A stretch of 64,000 nucleotides of DNA, taken from NCBI RefSeq assembly GCF_009914755.1, contig NC_060934.1; one strand, 5' to 3'. Numbering within the stretch: the first letter of the stretch is position 1; the number at the start of each line of letters is the position of its first letter. The position numbers and the translations under genes were made by a program. Shown in pieces: positions 58,946 to 64,000 of this stretch. The notes below the pieces were generated by a model. It saw nothing but the letters and a program-made list of their open reading frames with translations, made no database searches and had not been told where the DNA came from. Source of the DNA: the human T2T-CHM13v2.0 reference genome, Homo sapiens.

Positions 58946-59769
58946 TAAATACATTCCACTCGCAGTTCTTTACAGATAGGGGCCTTCTGCACTTGGAGGA
59001 TTGTCCACACCAGCATTCCTCCCAAGTCCACTCTCCTGTACAACATGCTCTTGGCCACAGACCTCTAATATCCAACTCCAGTGTCTGTAAGGAAATTTAG
59101 ACACAGCAAAATTAGAAAGATAAACACACTGTCCGGAGGGAGAGGGAGATTGAGAAATTCAAACTGAAGCCAATTAAAGGGGATCTGGATTACCTACTAT
59201 TTGAAATTTCTTTTTCTGTGTCTTTATTGCCATTAGCAAGGATACTTGAATAAAGGTGATTTGGGAGTAGGAAGGCTATTGTATTAAAGTGGAGGACATG
59301 CCCAGGGCTGCTCTGGGCAAGTGAGAGCTGGTGTGGACTTTGTTTTTATTTCTACAGGGGCCCAGAACTACCTTATGGTGCCCCTGTGTTATCTTCCTCT
59401 TACCTCCACCACAGCCTGACCGTCCTGCCATATTTCTTGGCTCCCAAGACTGTGTGTGCCTTGCATACAACTTACTTTCATTTTTTTCTGCCAGTGGTAC
59501 TGAGCTAAGTTTTTGTTGAACTGAGCTAAGTTCAACAAATAATTTCTAAAACCTGCCAGGGAGCCAAGCTCTGTGCTTGGTGATTCCAAAGTGAAGCATG
59601 TATGATCTCCAGTTCCAGGTCTATCTTCTAGTTCAAATGATAGACGAATAGAAATCAGTCAACAATTCTTGTCTGTCTTCTGGGAGAGTGTGATAACCTG
59701 TCCCCAAGAGAGCTGCTGACAAGTGCAATGTCTTCTCTGTTTTCCAAAGGAGTGGTGATAATGCCCTCC

Positions 59770-59960
59770 TAGTATTGAGCATTTACTATGGGCCAGCACA
59801 ATGCTACGTGCTTTATATTAAATTCTCACAAACATCCAATATGCAGGTGCTATAATAACCCTCATGTTGTAGATGAGGAAAGCCTTAGCTTTAGCAAGAC
59901 TAACTTTCCTAAGGCCACAGTCTAATAAATAGTGGAGTAGAGACTAAAACCCCAGATTTT
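59770..59960 (-). mobile_element. MIR
   Basis: tattgagcatttactatgggccagcac...tagatgaggaaa...cctaaggccacag. Confidence 0.75.
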
Positions 59961-60044
59961 TCTTTCTTCCTAGAGAGACCTTAGGGCTCTGGGAAAAGCC
60001 CCAGGGAGTAAGAAATGTGCAAGAGTCAAGAATTGGAATCTGGA

Positions 60045-60363
<319 letters not shown>

Positions 60364-60893
60364 TTAGGCTGAGGGTGCCCTTGAGGATGCCTCCCTGGAG
60401 CGACTTCCTTTTCTCCCCACTCTTGCTAGGGTAGAGAGTGGGCTGTCAGAACCTCCAGGGCCCTTTGGGTGTTGACAGTGGAGCCAAATGGCTCCTTTCT
60501 CTAGACGGAGATGGTCTAGGGTGTCACTGCTTGCACCTGCAGTAGTACCTTGCCCAGCACCCCCTGGGGAACTCACCCAACCAGTAGGTCTCCTGTGGTT
60601 CTGCATACTAGGGTGTCAGGGTGTGAATCCACACCCTGTCAGGCTTATTAGGCTTCCTGGAGGCGCCCGAGCTTGTAGGGCAACTGGGCTGGCCCATACA
60701 TGGAGCCAAGGGCTTCTGCCAGGGAAGCCAGAGGAGAGAGGCAAGTGTGAGCTGCAGAGATGAGCATTAGGTCCTCGCTGCCACCGTGACAGTGTGGGCC
60801 AGCTGGTTCCAGTCAGACAATGACATAGGCCAACCACTTCCTCTCGCTGATCCAGAGCTAGGAAACAAGGGATCTTAAATATAACTGCATTTG

Positions 60894-61219
<326 letters not shown>

Positions 61220-61329
61220 CTATTACTCACTTTTCAAAAGCCCTTCAATAGCTTCTTTCCTGCCTCACTTAAAATAAAATCCAAACTCCTTGTCATGGCC
61301 TTCATCATTGCCGTTTGGAGTGAGTGTGA

Positions 61330-61460
61330 TTGGAGGATGGAGAGCCTTGGTACCCCCTGGGAGCTTGTCAGAAATGAGACTCCAGGTCTGCTGCAGTAGA
61401 ATCTGCATTTGCCACAATACCCAGGTGATTTGTGTGCTCCTTAAAGTTTGAGAAGATGTC
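61330..61460. mobile_element. MER5-type fragment
   Basis: gggagcttgtcagaaatg...agaatctgcattt...ccaggtgatttgtgtgc...aagtttgagaa. Confidence 0.65.
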
Positions 61461-61539
61461 TTAAACAGTCTTTGTGATCATCCCAGAACTCCTCACCCAG
61501 CCACCTAACCTTATCCCATTTTTATCATTTATCCCGTAT

Positions 61540-61720
61540 CCTGCTCATCACAATTTACACTTACTCTACTTGCTTATCATCAGTCTGGAGGGCTGGAATA
61601 TAAGCACATAGAGGACAGGGACCATAAGTAGTTTTGTTCATTATTTTATCTTTGGCATCTAGCTTAGTGCCTGGCACATAACAGATGCTTAAGGAATATT
61701 TATTGAATAAATGATTAGTT
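61540..61720 (+). mobile_element. L2 3' end
   Basis: tagtgcctggcacataacagatgctt...tatttattgaataaatga. Confidence 0.75.
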
Positions 61721-61742
61721 TTCTGTCTTTATCTTTCTGACC

Positions 61743-61943
61743 TAGTGTTTCTCAACACAGGAGCTGTTGGTGTGACAGTTCTTGTACAGATTAGTTTGGA
61801 ATATGGCAGGATTTAACATCCTTGGTTCCCACCCACTAAACGCCACTGGAACGCCCCCAGTCATTGTGACAATAAAAAAGACACTTCTACAATGTTTCTA
61901 CCGCCTCCTAGTGTGATGGGATTGCCCTTGGTTGAGACCATTG
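61743..61943. mobile_element. MER20-type hAT element
   Basis: Inverted termini tagtgtttctcaac / gttgagaccattg; cccagtcattgtgacaat. Confidence 0.7.
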
Positions 61944-61999
61944 CTTTAACCAATTTCGTTTGACCTGACGCGATTGAACATAACATGATGTATGCTGTA

Positions 62000-62190
62000 G
62001 GGTCCAAGGGTCAGAAAATTCAAGTTCCAATCTGTTCATAGCCTGTGTGACCTTGGGCAAATCACCTATCCTTTCTGGGCCTTATTTGTAAAATAGGAAT
62101 CTCAGAGGTGTGCTGAGGATTAAATGAACTGACTGGAGGAGCAGCACCGTGCATGTTGGCCCTAGTTATGTGGCAGCTAGTAGGCAAATG
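62000..62190 (+). mobile_element. MIR
   Basis: ctgtgtgaccttgggcaaatcac...gaggattaaatga. Confidence 0.75.
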
Positions 62191-62569
62191 GATGTGTATT
62201 GTTCTAGGATCTAGGGACAATCCCAGCTTCCTCAAATCAAAACACTATTGCTGGAAGAGCTGGTGAGATCAGCTATACCTTGGACAGGCAAGAGAATGGT
62301 ATTTTTATTATAAGTGCTGCATCTGAGGCTGAGAGAACGCAGATACAAGGCGGCAGGAGCTGGTTGTGTGGTTTAGTGTTCAGGGCCTGGCTAGACCTAA
62401 CTGTGACCTCCACAACTTTCTGCTGCCTGGAAAAGGGTGGTGATGCCAAGGGGTGGGGGCAGGGCAACTCGAGGCCAGCTCCTGGCAGGGGAGGGAGGGT
62501 TACCCAGGGCTTTGGCAAGAATGTGGGGCATCCTCTTAGCAGCAGGAGAAGGCCTTAAAAACAAGTTAC

Positions 62570-62850
62570 ATCTAACTTTGAAAGAACAGACTATTGCAAT
62601 ACCAACATCTAGGAAACACAACAAAAAATACAGTTTACTTTTGCTTTCAAATATAGATGCAGAAATCCTAAACAAAAATATCAACTCTTGGAACTGAACA
62701 GTGCTTCAAAACAATAACACACCGTGGCTGACCAGGTTATTTGCCAGATATTGCTGAAAGTCACAAAATCTACCAGCATAAATGATTACAGGCACAAATT
62801 AAAGAATAAAATGTGTTTACACTAACAAATGTTGAAAAGTATTTGGGAGG
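62570..62850 (+). mobile_element. Ancient L1 ORF2 fragment
   Basis: Encodes LSNIDAEILNKNI, a remnant of the L1 RT motif LMNIDAKILNKIL. Confidence 0.7.
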
Positions 62851-63094
62851 CATTTCTAATGAAGAAAACTACTTCGGCACAACAAAGATTGTTTCCTGTG
62901 GTGGTCTTTTAATTATAGTGGAAGGGTGAGGTTGGGCCCAAGGTTTGCGGTCATCACCAGGAGTGAAGGAGTTGACTCTGATGGCAACCTTTCCTTGGGG
63001 AAGAATGAACCATAAACAGAAAAAAACAGCATTTGGATCCTTTGGGAATGCAACTTCGTCTTGATATTTAAAGGAATGGGCCCCACGGGTTTAA

Positions 63095-63230
63095 AAAAGC
63101 CTGAGTTCTAACCCTTATTCCATCAGTTTGATAGACAGCTGTTGGCCTTGGGCAAGTTACCATACCTCTCTGAGCCTCAGCTTTCTCAAGTGAAAAATGG
63201 GGACTGTATTGAGAAACAAGCTTAATGACA
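63095..63230 (+). mobile_element. MIR
   Basis: ccttgggcaagttacc...ctctctgagcctcagctttctc...aaaatgggga. Confidence 0.8.
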
Positions 63231-64000
63231 CAAACTTCTATGACATAAACCTTGAAATGTTATTTGGGGAAATATTCACTTGGCATGGCCCTAGCAAAAT
63301 CCTCCCAAATACCTTATCAGTAGCACCCTGGTGTCACCCCAAGTGGGGTGCTCCAAAGTAAGCAAGCCGCTTAGATGTGCATGTTAATTGAGTCCTGCAA
63401 TGCAGATGTCTTCTTGGATCCAAGTTCATGCAAAAAAGAAGGAAAAGGACATTTGAGAGATTAACACATCCATTATAATCACTGAAATAGGCTGCTGTAA
63501 TAAGGGCCATTTAATAAAATGTAAGAAGCCCTTTTCTAAGAGGGAAGAGATGGGTCAGGATGGAAGTCAAGTGCAGCTGTTTGAGCATTTGCCAGTGGTC
63601 TGATCTCACCAGTAAAACTGGAGTTAAAAAGCAACAAACTTCCAGATTCAGCCGTCTCAGATAAACACTGCCTCCCCCTGGCGTTCCCCCCACCCCATGT
63701 CCTTTCCCTTTCTCCCCAGCTCGGGCAGCACCTGAGTCGCTTGGTGCGTTTCCGTGTGGTTGGGATGTCAGCCGGCAGCCCTGGCGACAGGAGCCCTGGG
63801 AGGCGGCAGCTACCTCTCGGGTTTAGCATTACGTCATCCCTTCTAGACCCAAATTTATCTCGGCTGCACACAGACCCGCAGCTCTGAGCTGCCGCTGACT
63901 TGAGGAGAGCTTACGCATGAACTTAGGCAAGGCTGACTCACTGGGCGAGGGAAAGGTTTTCTGCTGTTCTTCACGTTTCTGGGCTCTGGGGGAAGAGGAG

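Overview
Human (primate) genomic DNA containing the 5' end of MXI1 (MAX interactor 1, MXD/MAD-family repressor) on the + strand. Bases 1 to about 49,300 are repeat-rich intergenic sequence: about 34 of the window's roughly 38 Alus, a long nested antisense L1 at about 27-35 kb, a near-full-length Tigger1 fossil at 39.5-42.3 kb, plus MIR, L2, MER and MaLR elements. From memory of the locus this is the ADD3-MXI1 interval on 10q25, but no ADD3 exon is visible. A multi-part CpG island (about 49.3-53.4 kb) carries the first coding exon of the long isoform (MXI1-0/SR-beta, CDS 49678-49951, containing the Sin3-interaction motif). The rest of the window is intron 1. Nearly all other listed ORFs are Alu/L1/Tigger-derived or GC-rich artefacts. 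I do not see a new multi-gene system. The best leads are small: a chimeric AluY/AluSp without a target-site duplication (TSD) about 1.3 kb upstream of the promoter (candidate recombination-deletion scar), an AT-hook-like motif and a possible second start codon in exon 1, a CCAAT/CRE/E-box module that looks like an internal promoter, a well-formed orphan exon, two template-switch hairpins at L2 tails, and several unusual micro-insertions. Repeat boundaries and subfamily names were judged by eye and are approximate.
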